This document shows, in pieces, positions 12,326 to 23,555 of a stretch of 64,000 bases of DNA. Source of the DNA: Podarcis pityusensis (lineage: Eukaryota); assembly GCA_964106645.2 (NCBI GenBank), contig OZ067043.1. The stretch is one strand, 5' to 3'. Numbering within the stretch: the first letter of the stretch is position 1; the number at the start of each line of letters is the position of its first letter. The notes beneath the pieces are model-generated. The model was not told where the DNA came from. It searched no databases and saw nothing but the letters and a program-made list of their open reading frames with translations. The position numbers and the translations under genes are program-made.

Positions 12326-12818
12326 TAGCAGGCTAAACATACCCAGTTCTCTCAACTGTTCCTCATAAGGCTTGGTTTCCAGACCCTTTATCAACTGTTG
12401 TACTGTACAGCAGAAAACAGCCCAAATATGAACATGCAAACCCACCTATTGGATCCAATAAGGTATGTCTCCTTTACATGGGGTCCAGGAGCAGAGCTGG
12501 GCAGGAGACAACCCTATGGGATGGTACTATTCTGTCTCAGAATTAGTCCACGTCAGAACTCAAGCCCACAGCACATTCTGAACTTCAAGCACTTTAGACT
12601 ACGTGTCACTGTGCTGAGCCCCTATATCTGATGTAGCTCAACAGTGCCACCTAGTGCACATGTGGTTTTTCACCCCCTGCAGTAAATCCTGAGTAGACCG
12701 CTATCTATTGTTTAGTTCAAGACAACTAGAATGCAACCCCAAAATGTTACCAACAGTTCATGCCAGTGGAACAACAGTGCAGGTGTTCTCTGTAGAATTA
12801 CCCTTGCTGGCCTTATAC

Positions 12819-12960
12819 CTTCCCATTAAAGACAACAGTAGCCCAGTTGTCTTTCGCTTTCTTCAAGACAAAAACAATGTTTCCAGGAAGGACTTCAAGT
12901 TCCGCTGCTGTTTCTGGTATGAATTCGTACAGGACTCTGTGAGGTTCTCCTTGCAGGGCC
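12819..12960 (-). CDS. NCF2: NCF2 coding exon 8 (SH3-A)
   Basis: [47 protein letters not shown]; 142 nt; ag/gtataa. Confidence 0.95.
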
Positions 12961-13771
12961 CTGCATGACAAATCAGCTGACAGTTTCATCATCATCATCA
13001 ACTGATTGCTTTAGTGCACATCCAAGTCACTGGGAACGCAATGGAATGAGTGCAAAAACCATCCCACCAGTGAGCTAGATGTGTGGGGAAATAGTCCGGT
13101 GGCTGCTTTCTTTTATTATGCACATGTGCCCAGAGGTCACCTATTTATATTGTTGAAACAGCCTGTATTAAACAGCAAATCCTAAGTGGAATAGTTTGTG
13201 CAAACATCCCAAGCACAGACTATTGTATTTCAAAAGTTGTATTTCATATCACTACGTGTTTGCTCGTTTGAAATGTTTTATTTCCTTTTTTTTCCTAATG
13301 AAGCAAAAAATGGTGGGGGGATAAAATGTGTTTCTGTTAAGATGGTGTAGGTTCATAGGTCAGTATCCAATCAAGTAGTTGTCTGAGAACAATAACTTTT
13401 GGCTGTGCAACAGAACTTCCCCTCCCTCTTTTTTCCCCATGCATCTCCCATGTGCCCCCTAAACTGATTATGGTGGTTCAATCCACCCTCTGGAGCAGAG
13501 TTGGGGAGGGTTGGGGGACACACAGGAAGAGGAGAGGGAAAGGAAGTTCCATTGCAGAAGTGGAAATCCTTGTGCTAACAAAAATATTTTGTCAGATACC
13601 ACCCATATACTCATAATGAAGACATCCAGACTTCATGGTGCTGTACTCAGTTCTAAACAGATTTTTGGGTTTATTTCTCTATTCCTTATCTAGTCATAGG
13701 AGAGCAGAATCACTTTCTAGACCAATGGGAGCTACTGAATGCTGGGGTTCTCTGCAGTTTATTGATCTTAC

Positions 13772-13815
13772 CTGAGGGCTTCTGGTGATTTTGGTCTGGG
13801 AGGTGGTTCTGATGT
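13772..13815 (-). CDS. NCF2: NCF2 coding exon 7 (Pro-rich region)
   Basis: TSEPPPRPKSPEALR; 44 nt; ag/gtaaga. Confidence 0.94.
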
Positions 13816-14442
13816 CTGCAAGCAACATATTTTAGCATTAACCTCTCCTCTATACTGCAGTTAACTTTGAAGTCAGGCCCTGTGTTCAGAATCTATCTGG
13901 CCTGAAGAGAGATGCAAGTGTTTCAGACTAGAGTGGGGTTGGGAGTCTTGTCATGGCTACCAAGGCCAGCCCAAGATGTTCTGCTGCCTGAGGCAAGAGG
14001 CAAGATGGCATCCTCCCATTCCTTGTACAGAAGCTGGCTGGACTGGCAGCTGAATCTTACTTCAACACTGGCAGCAGGACGGCACCTCCCACTGCATCTC
14101 AAGGGCAGCAGGCTAGTAGTTTAGCTGGTGCATTGACACTTACTACTCTGCCTGGCAACCACTTTCATGCTTGCATGCACCACAGAGCAGCCCAGCTGAG
14201 CAACACAGGCACACACCCAATGCTTGCTGGAGTGTGTGTGGCCTGTGCTGCCTGCCTCTCTGCCTGAAAACGTGATCAGGGATCTTTCCCAGTGCTGCTG
14301 CCTCCAGTTTATTGACGGCAAGACTGAGGATACATTACAGCTTAAATCACATCCAGGTCATTCTTTTTCTCAATTCAGATTGAAGCTGGTTTGGGGGGAA
14401 GTTCATCAAAATGTTCTGTCATAGAAAAGTCCTCTGTCTTAC

Positions 14443-14502
14443 CTGAGGCTGAAGAGGCGCAAAGCCTGAAAACTCATCATTGTCAACCACAGAAGCCACA
14501 AC
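14443..14502 (-). CDS. NCF2: NCF2 coding exon 6 (activation domain)
   Basis: VVASVVDNDEFSGFAPLQPQ; 60 nt; ag/gtaaga. Confidence 0.96.
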
Positions 14503-14734
14503 CTGGAGTTAGAAGGAGGAACATGATTAATAGCTTTATTCACACCGGTAATGTCAAGTGGTTTATGCTCTCTTAATCTAGGTTTCTGCTAGGCTGCTCA
14601 TATTAACCTCCTGAGTGCCACATCTTCAGCACTATATAGATAAAAGTAATTATTGACAGGGTTCTCTATTTCTCTCCTTTGTTAGGGACTCACTGAAGTT
14701 TTATTTGATCCTGGCATTCCTTGCCAATAAGCTG

Positions 14735-15289
14735 AATTCATAGAATTGTAGGGTTGGAAGGGACCCCGAGGGTCATCTAGTTCAACCCCCTGCAATGCAG
14801 GAATTTCAACTAAAGCATCTATGCCAGATAGTCACCCAACCTCTGCTTAAAAACTTCCAGTGAAGGAGAGTCCACCACCTTCTGAGGGAGTCTGTTCCAC
14901 AGTCAAACAGCTCTTACTGTTAGAAAGTTCTTAGTCGGAATCTTCTTTCTTGTATCTTGAAGCCATTGGTTGGGGCCTAACCTCCACAGCAGGAGAAAAC
15001 AAGCCTGCTCCATCCTCCATATGACAGCCCTTGAGATATTTGAAGGCGGCTTTCATATCTCCTCTCAGTTTCCTCTTTTCCAGGCTAAACGTACCCAGCT
15101 TCCTCAGCTGTTCCTCATAAGGTTTGGTTTCCAAACCCTTAATCATCTTGGTTGCCCTCCTCTGCACACATTCCAGCTTGCCAATATCCTCCTTGATTTG
15201 TGGTGCCCAGAACTGGCACAGAACTCCAGGTGTGGCCTGAGCAAGGCACAATAGAGAGGTGCAATTACGTACCTTGATCTGGACACTAT
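14735..15289 (-). mobile_element. CR1 LINE 3' fragment
   Basis: QFWAPQ...[40 protein letters not shown]; CR1 3' tail. Confidence 0.9.
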
Positions 15290-15733
15290 CAGGAAGGAGA
15301 GGAGAGGGAAATCCCATGGGGCAAGTGGAGGTCTGCTTATTTGAACAACACAATAAAATCATAATTTAAAAACTTACACACGCTCTTTGAATTGAATAGT
15401 AAAAGGAGGATTCTTATCTGAAAGTGTTATTTTTTATTATTGTGGTGTGCTTTTTAAAAATATTGTATTATAAAATTATGGCGCCACTTAGTTGCTGACG
15501 TTTCAGGCAGCCTCTGTAGCTGTTTCTTTCACAGGGACTTGGTTGTGGCTCTCTCCATGCTACGAGAAGCTTCACTTGCTGCATATCAAACTAGGGTTAA
15601 AGGTACCAGAGCAGGCCGGGTTGTGTTTTTCTAGACAGCTGCAACTCTATTACTGTCTATCATGAATGACCTTTTAGGAATACAAGTGAAATTTGCTGGG
15701 TAATTCCACTTCTGCCATAGATTAACTTCCTAC

Positions 15734-15841
15734 CATAGATTTCCCTAAGTAATCTTTCTTCTCCAGCTGTGCCACTTGCTTCTCATTTGGCCGAAACAAC
15801 TTCCCTTCAGGAATCACAAAGGGCTGAAAGAATCTTTGCTT
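15734..15841 (-). CDS. NCF2: NCF2 coding exon 5
   Basis: [36 protein letters not shown]; 108 nt; ag/gtagga. Confidence 0.95.
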
Positions 15842-15846
15842 CTGCA

Positions 15847-15862
15847 ACACACACACACACAC
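15847..15862. repeat. (AC)8 microsatellite abutting the NCF2 exon 5 acceptor
   Basis: Minus strand reads TTTT(GT)8TGCAG|exon. Confidence 0.9.
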
Positions 15863-15992
15863 AAAAGTCAATCACTTCACCATTTTCCAAGGCTATCTGC
15901 TAAAAAACATGGCATAATAATCCAGCATGCGTTGTCCGATATTTGTGTACCATGCTTGTTACACATAGGATAATGAGGGCCATACCACAGCC

Positions 15993-16131
15993 CAGCCTTC
16001 CCCAACCTGGTGCTCTCCAGATGTGGTTGAACTACAATTTTCATCTTCCCTGACAATTGCCCATGCTGGCTGAAGCTGATGGCAGTAGGAGTTACTGCAA
16101 AATCTGGAAGGTACTAGATTGAGGAACACTG
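15993..16131. mobile_element. ~140-bp palindromic MITE; diverged copies near 3170-3280, 7245-7357, 24260-24350 and 63545-63660
   Basis: cagccttcccaacctgg...actacaa...catgctggctg...gctgatgg...agattgaggaacactg pattern shared among copies. Confidence 0.6.
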
Positions 16132-16464
16132 TTATAGTCATTATTCTAACAACCAAATACAAAGGAAGACTGGATTCCTATGCAACTTTAAACAATAGTA
16201 CAGTAGACAAAATTCTAAACGCAGCTTTTCCTCACTTCTGCACACCTATTTCCCCCAACAACGTGCATATACATATCTTGATGGGATTGCCAGGTCTCAG
16301 GGTTCAAATGCAAGTTTCAGAAGCTGTTTCTTGATCTCCAGAGCAAAGTGATGCATTGCTACATTCTTAAATAGAATGGTCACACAATGCACCACCTCTA
16401 AAGTTACAAAGCCTTTGTATTTTGAGCCTAGGCTAATTGATTGCCGTTTCCTTCATTTTCTTAC

Positions 16465-16599
16465 CAGGATGGATTCCATGGCCCTGTCGATTTTGTTGTG
16501 ACGGGGTTCGCTCTTCAGTTTCATTGCCCTAGCCAGATGCTCCTCTGCCTTCTTCCAGTCCTCCAGCTTGGAATGGGCAAGGGCTGTGTTGTATAACAC
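16465..16599 (-). CDS. NCF2: NCF2 coding exon 4 (TPR4)
   Basis: [45 protein letters not shown]; 135 nt; ag/gtaaga. Confidence 0.95.
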
Positions 16600-17517
16600 C
16601 TGTTGGGAAAAGGGGCAGGAGTGCCAGAGAATAACGGTCTGAACCTAATCACATTTCCTTGGATGGAGCAGCAGGTAGACTGCTGAGAGGACCTGGGTTC
16701 AAATTCCTGAAGCTAACAAGATGCCTTTGGGGTGGTCTCTCACCCAGAGTGAGAACAGTATTTGTCGAATACAACACCGGTCCAGAGCCTGGACTGATGG
16801 ACTTTCACTCACGGTTACCTGCCTCAATGTCAGGGATGGGCAAGAGCCTGAGGAGTGGGGGGATGTGCAGGCGGAGGAGGCATGATCCAGGGGAAGAGAT
16901 GAGCAATTTGTGGGGTTCTGAGCCACCTGTGAAGCAGGTGCCAGGGGCAGTGGTAGAGGAGAGTCAAGGGGGAGAGACAGGGTAGCCAGAGATGAGGGGA
17001 AAGGAGCTGTGAGGGAGTCTCAGTGGCGGAAGTTGGTCACAGAGAATCACGCCTTTGGAATCTCTCCCCATCCTCCCCTCTGCTGTCTCCATGCACAAAG
17101 AAGGGGTAACTAGAGCTGCCGCTCAGGAGTTGTTGTCGTGTGCTTGAGCGCACCGCAGCAGAAAAGTCCAGAAAAGTAAGCTGAAAGGGGTGTTGTCACG
17201 CTGTTGCTCCAATTGTCTGGATCAGAGCACAGGGCTGTAGAGGCGGATTGCCTAAGCAGCTAGATGGCAGGTTGTGTGTGAGAGCCTTTGGGAGCGGATG
17301 TGACCTAGTGCTTTGCCAGTGAAGAAATAAGCTTCCAAACGCTTGTCTTTGGGCTGGGACCCTCGCAGGGTTGAGCTCATTGGAAGAAGGCAAGACACAA
17401 ATAAAATAACTGATTTAAAAAAGCAAGTAAGCTTAGATGGCAATATGCTAAAATTGAGGCATCGTCCACTGAGCCAGTTGGCTGCTTCCCGTGGTATTCC
17501 TCAAACCCCAAACTTAC

Positions 17518-17626
17518 CTCACAGGCAAACAACCTAAACTGCAGGCCTAGGATCTTGTAGTCTATTAGGTTGTTCCCTCGCAGCTGAGCAAATGCCTCTT
17601 TCAAGTCATTAATGGCTGACTCATAC
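17518..17626 (-). CDS. NCF2: NCF2 coding exon 3 (Rac-binding beta-hairpin insert)
   Basis: [36 protein letters not shown]; ag/gtaagt boundaries; 109 nt. Confidence 0.96.
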
Positions 17627-18520
17627 CTGGAAAGCAAGGAAGGAGAGTAAGTACTTCTGGGGCAAACAAAATGGCAGGATATTTTAATGATCCTCAGAAG
17701 TGCTTTCGTCCATTCGAAGACAATTGTTCTAATCATTCCTTTTTATTCACATCGTAGGGCGTGCTCTAAAAGTATTTTTGCAAGTTACAGTTTTTCTGTG
17801 ATTGTGATATTGAGTATTAAAGGTTTTTATGAATCAATTTTTTTGTATATAGTTAATATTTAAACAACAACACAATATAGTGCTGAAGCTGTATGCCCTC
17901 TGAATTTTCTGGGTATGGTTTTGTATTCTGGGCTGCTGTCTTTTCAGAGTATGTAACTTAGCATCTTTTTATAGTGCATAATTTTGTTTTGGTTTGTAAT
18001 GTTACAGATTTCCCTTGATAAAGAGCTTCATCGAAACATGTTGGGAACCATTTCTAGTTATACAGTTCTCTCTTTTTTCTTCCAGGGTTTTTCTCTACAG
18101 CTGTCTTTGATCCACTTTCTTGCATTTTGGAGCCATCCTCAGGAACTGAGAGCACTGCCAGGAAATCTGTCAAATGTAACTGTGTGAGTCTTCACCAACT
18201 TCATGCAAGCACAGAAAACTCAGAGCTTAGAACCAATCACAAAAGTGAGAATCTAACTTTTCTTCCTCCCCACTCCCACTCCCATTTTTTCTTTAAAAAG
18301 TCACAGGAAGTTTCTAGCCCTCACAGAAGGGAAGGCAGATTTAAAAGCGTTTGAGCAATGTCTGGCAACTACAAATAACTGAAATAATTATATTTATTCT
18401 CCAGCCTCCTTCCTCTTCTGCTGTTCTTTTCCTTGTGTCAAATTTTAGATTATAAATTCCTAAGGGGAGATCTTCCCTTCCATACTTCGTAAGTCACCAT
18501 GTACATCAATGGCACTAAAT

Positions 18521-18572
18521 TATTACTACTACTACTACTACTTCTACTACATAAGTATTATTATTATTATTT
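18521..18572. repeat. (TAC)n/(TAT)n microsatellite
   Basis: tattactactactactactacttctactac...tattattattattatt. Confidence 0.85.
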
Positions 18573-19131
18573 ATCTATTCATATAAAGTAGAATTTATGT
18601 AAATCTGACAGGGAACAGAATAAATTACACAAAATAAGAATATATAGGCAAAGGTGTCTGAGTCACATAATTTATGCAGGTTCTCTTGGTCCAGATTTTG
18701 GGTTATTGCAACCCATTTATTTTTATTATTATATCACTTTAAGAGTCATGGAGAATTCTGGGAACTGTAGTTTGCCAAGGGTGCTGGGAATTATAGCTCC
18801 AAAGGTCACCATCCTTAACAAACTGCAATTCCCAGGATACTTTGGGAGAAGCCATGACTGTTTAGATGGTCTAAGAGTGCTTTAAATGTATGGCGTGGAT
18901 GTGACTAGCGGGAACTGTCTGAACTGATGAACATCATGTTTGTGGGGAGGGAAGTCTTAGTAACTTACTTTATTATATAAATTCATGTAATTTCTAACAC
19001 TCAAGTATTTTTTATTGGTTTATGTATATTTTGGATGGAAAATGGCAATTATGATGTATATTAAAAAGAAAATTTAATAAAGATGATATGTAAAAAAACA
19101 AACCATAAACTGTCCCATTAACCTTGTAGGG

Positions 19132-19337
19132 CAGAGCTTTCCAAACTTTTCATGTTGGTGACACACTTTTTAAATATGGATCATTTTGCAACACAGTAAT
19201 TCAGTTTTACTAGCAAACTGGAGGTTAAACTAACCCCTTTCTAGCCCTGTGAGGAGCGTGGGGAGCGTTCATGCGACACACCTACACACTGCAGTCGACA
19301 CACTAATGTGTCGCAACACCCAATTTGGAAAGCTCTC
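19132..19337. mobile_element. hAT MITE
   Basis: TIR CAGAGCTTTCCAAA...TTTGGAAAGCTCTC; 8-bp TSD TTGTAGGG/TTGTAGGA. Confidence 0.8.
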
Positions 19338-19390
19338 TTGTAGGATATTATATTACATTATGTCTTCCTATGTACATAAAAGGGTAATGC

Positions 19391-19912
19391 CAAGGGTCGG
19401 CAAACTAAGGCCCACGGGCCGGATCTGGTCCAATTGCCTTCAGGATCTGGCCCGCAGACTGTCTGTGGATCGGTGTGGGGATTCTGTTCAATCAGGCTGC
19501 ACCTTTTTTTCCTGCGCCATTTACACACCATGGCGGCACCTCCTCCCTCCCTCCTCCTGGCTTCTCCCCGCCCTGCCTAGAGGAGGAAGGGGGCTGGGCT
19601 GAGCGTCATTTTAAGCAGCCCCTCTCCGGAGCCAGCCCTTTCACACCGCTCATCTTCCCTCCACCGCTGCCGCCCTGGTGCTCCTGTGGGCCAGAGAGCG
19701 GAGCGGACGAGCTCCCTCTGCCTACCCATGAGAAGCAGAAGCAGTGGTGGTGGCAGCGCCTGGGAAGGTAAGCGCAGCGGCTGGGGGGGACTACTAGCCC
19801 CCTTGCCTCTTCTTCCAGCTCCCCCCCGCCCCCCGATGCTGCTTCCATAGCCCGCCACAAGGTCTGAGGGACAGTGGACTAGCGCACGGCTAGAACATTT
19901 TGCCGACTCTTG
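19391..19912. mobile_element. Non-autonomous hAT element (CAGGGGTCGGCAAAC TIR family)
   Basis: TIRs CAAGGGTCGGCAAA...TTTGCCGACTCTTG; TSD GGTAATGC/GGTAAGGC. Confidence 0.85.
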
Positions 19913-20348
19913 GGTAAGGCTGTTGTCGTGCGGCAGTTCATGTGGCTGCCAGTCGGTGGTCACAATAACTCCAGCATGAGGAACTGCAGCCAGGGAGCAA
20001 GCAGACCAGGTGAGGTGTGAACTGAGGAGGCAGGTACTGTGAAGGGCACCCCCTCCACTGAACACACCTGCAGCGAGCTTTAAAGGTAGACGGAGTTGGG
20101 AGTTGGGGCTGAGCTGTGAGGGAGATTTGGTCACTTGTGGGGGAAGGGCAGTTGGCAATGGGGCAGGTGAGGTTGGTGAGTGCAGCAAGCAGAGTCACCA
20201 TCCCCTAGTTTTAATTTTTTTTAACTATTAAAATGTTTTTGTTTTTAACTGTATTTGGTTTCTTTCGCTTTGCTTCTGCTTTGTTTTTTGCTGCCCAGGG
20301 CTCCTTTGAGAGGAAGAGCCAGGATAGAAAATAATAATAATAACTCAC

Positions 20349-20431
20349 ATTTCCATCTGGTACGCCACAGATCCTCGGTGGAAGTAGGCCACTGCTAAGT
20401 GTTTGTCATTGCTAATGCTTCTGGTAAGAGC
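20349..20431 (-). CDS. NCF2: NCF2 coding exon 2 (TPR)
   Basis: ttccttcag|ALTRSISNDKHLAVAYFHRGSVAYQME|gtgagt; 83 nt; phase consistent with neighbours. Confidence 0.95.
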
Positions 20432-21668
20432 CTGAAGGAAGCAGACGTTATGGAGACATCGGCATGATTTCTGTCACACAAAGTGTTCCCGACGGGATTC
20501 CAACACTGGAGTCGGCAAGATCAGTCACCTGCAGCCTCTACTCACAGCCTGCCAGGTTCCACCGGGACCCTCAAGTTTCTAGCTCTCCCTGTTATTGCTC
20601 TGCCCCCTGGCTGCCCCCAGCAGGGCAGGATTGCTTTGGAAATCAAAAACCAAGCAACTCTGCAAGAGTGTTGGCTGTGTTTGGGTAGGCAGTTCAAAAA
20701 TGCACTGATGACCTGAACTAGCCAGTCATCCTGAGTCAAACCTGTGACATGACCCTGCAATGTACACCCTTTTATGCAATTTCCTATTTCACTATTAGAT
20801 TTGAAATATCTACTGCAGCTCACTTTTACAGCACTGGCTGGTGGGTGCAAGGCTATTATTACACACTGCTCCACTCTTCAGCTTCTGAACAATTGGTGAA
20901 CTTTACAACTGCAGCTTTTGTGGTTTCACTGGCCCTGTACAATTCCTCTGACCGCCATGCTGGGTCTGAGCCTGTCGCTAGTTCTAGGAACTTCTGGCAA
21001 AGTGGTTGAATGGTGTAACAGTCTGGCTCATAATAATATAATATTTAATCAATCATCTTTATATAGTACTCTTTCACTGTTCATATCACAATGTAGTGTT
21101 TCATAATTAATATGCATCATAATAATTATAATTATATTTATATTGTGCCCTTTGCTCAAAGTGTACAGGATTCTATCTTTACCACCACCTCCCACGATTT
21201 AGTTTTTGCAACAACCCTGTGACATAGGTTAGGCTGAGATAAAATGACTAGCCCCAGGTCACCCATCCCTGCGAGTAGAAAATTAACAAATCAAGGAGAC
21301 AGCTACAATAAACCTTCGCCCCTGATCTGCTAGCTTACTACATGCAGAGGAGGTTTGTTTATTTGCTCGTTTGTTTTGAAAAACCTACAGCCAAAACCAG
21401 TACAATCCTAAATTCTTATTTGGTGTAATTATGGAGAAGAATACCCAGCTGTTTTTAGCACAGAAAGTCGTCACTTGCCAGTTAAATCATCTGCAACTCA
21501 AACTGCTGTAATAAAAAATGTGAAACTTTACTTTGTTCTCTGCTGGCTTTGTGCAAATCCCTCTCCCTGAAACTTCTTTCAATACGTCCTCAGCTACAGC
21601 AGCCACCCACCAGTTAGTTAGGGTTTTTTAAAGAAACCCTGCACAATATTAAGACTTGTCCACTTTAC

Positions 21669-21842
21669 CTGCTGGGCCTCCTCCAAATTCCCCATGATCA
21701 GGTGGATGCAGCCGATGTTGAAGCAGATTTTGGAAGAAGGCTTCTGAACGGCAGTGAAGGCGGCCAGGGCACCGGCCCAGTCCTTGCGATCTGCCGCAGA
21801 GACACCCTCGCTCCAGAGGCGGATGGTCTCCACCAGGGCCAT
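21669..21842 (-). CDS. NCF2: NCF2 (p67phox) coding exon 1, TPR1
   Basis: ATG at 21842; [45 protein letters not shown]... matches the p67phox N-terminus; 174 nt; donor CAG|gtaaag. A possible acceptor (ccccttccag) 17 nt upstream of the ATG suggests an upstream non-coding exon. Confidence 0.96.
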
Positions 21843-21929
21843 GGCCAAGCTGCTGCGGCCTGGAAGGGGCAGGCGATGCTCCTCAGGCCCCCCTGACTTT
21901 CTGCCCGCTCTGCAAAGCCCTTCGGTGTG

Positions 21930-22145
21930 TGTTGCAAACAGACCAGGAAGTGTCTGCACTCAACTAATAACTGACATGGGCCTGAGGTGATGTAATACCA
22001 ACCGGCTCTCTGAGGCGAAGCCAAGCAGCTTTCTAAACAGAGCCCTCTCTGTGCAGGTCGGCTTGGGCATGGTGTGCTTTGCGAGAGCGACTCCTCCCCT
22101 TCCAGCTACAGCGATGCCTTCCTGTTTCTGAATTTCACTTTCCTA
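21930..22145 (-). promoter_or_regulatory. NCF2 proximal regulatory region with ETS/PU.1 and ISRE/EIRE motifs
   Basis: CAGGAAGTG near 21944-21952; AAACAGGAAG (minus) 22118-22127; GGAAAGTGAAA (minus) 22133-22143. Confidence 0.55.
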
Positions 22146-23313
22146 AGATCTTAAGAAGAAGAAGAAACAGACGGTGCCTCTGCAGATTCCCCTCCTGCCT
22201 GTGCTTGTCCTGACCAGCCCTACCTCCGCTTTGCACATCCAGGCGGAGCTCACAGCTGAGGTGACCTTTGCACTCAGGGCTTCCGGGCTCACAGCACACG
22301 CTCTTTGCCACTGGGCGCCCCTCTTGTCATCGGAGGGAATGGACTTATGTGGCCCCGAGCCAAGGAGATAAAGAACTATGCAGCCTCAGAAGGCAGCCCT
22401 GTATAGGGAAGTTTTTTTAAAAAAATGTTTGCTATTAAAATATGTTGAAAGATGCCTAGAGTGGCTGGGGCAACCCAGTGAGATGGGTGGGGAATAAATA
22501 ATAAAATTATTGTTATGTCCCTATTTTCATCAGATGAATGTTGGAGGTGATGTCTCCCTCCCCCAACAGTAAGGATTTAAGATCCACTAAAGGCAGAGTT
22601 TTACAGTTTCTCAACCTGAGGCAATCTTTTCCTATATGAGGCAAGGACTGTTCCTTCTCCTTTTCCTCCCTTGTGGGCTTTTCATACTATAAAAGTCCTG
22701 TGCAGCATAGACACACTTCCTTCTAAAAATCATGATGCTAATGGAAATAGAAATCTGTCAGGAGTTGGCAAAGAAGAATCAGATGCCCAAGATTCAGTCA
22801 CAGCCATTTATGAGTGATCCAGCCCATCATTTCAGTTCAGCCTTGCTGGGCAAAAGATGAAGAGATACTTATGCACAGTTGAATAATGTTACTTTCTCCA
22901 AAACAATTTTCCTGACTTCTGCTTAAAACTGCAATAGGTTTAGGAGATACTGGATTTTCCTGCCCACATAGTACGATTTATCATTTGGGAGGAGAAGGCT
23001 GTCAGGTTGTCTAGATGTGTTTCTTGAAGTAAAGTTAGGCTCGCTTTTGTCCTTTTTTTCAACAGTTGTGCTGATTTCTTTCTTTTAATAGGACGATTCA
23101 GTCCTTCTACATTTAAATATATGATTTTACATTAGAAAAGCCTGCTGGATCAGACCAATGGTGGGTCTAGTTCCTCATCCTGTTCTTAGATGAGGGACTC
23201 ATCCAAGGGCCAGTCAGATGCCCTTGGGAAACCACCGCTTGAGGTTTCCAGCAACAGCAGTTTATTCATTTATTCATTTCTTAAGAAATAGAATAAAATA
23301 GAAAATAGAAATA

Positions 23314-23555
23314 CAGTGGTACCTCGGGTTACGTACTTAATTCGTTCCGGAGGTCCGTTCTTAACCTGAAACTCTTCTTAACCTGAAGCACCACTTTAGC
23401 TAATGGGGCCTCCCGCTGCCACCGCGCCACCAGAGCAAGATTTCTGTTCTCATCCTGAAGCAAAGTTCTTAACCCGAGGTAATATTTCTGGGTTAGCAGA
23501 GTCTGTAATCTGAAGCGTATGTAACCTGAAGCGTATGTAATCTAAGGTACCACTG
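23314..23555. mobile_element. Tc1/mariner (Tigger-like) MITE
   Basis: TIRs CAGTGGTACC(T)...GGTACCACTG; TA TSD on both sides. Confidence 0.9.

Noticed and set aside
16828-17397. Purine-rich TG...CA segment resembling a solo LTR (similar impression at ~19921-20200)
   Set aside because: No matching TSD or second copy in the window; boundaries cannot be supported.
18013-18037. CTTGATAA...CGAAAC resembling a Penelope-associated hammerhead ribozyme core
   Set aside because: The CUGAUGA box is not intact and there are no convincing stems; at most a decayed relic.
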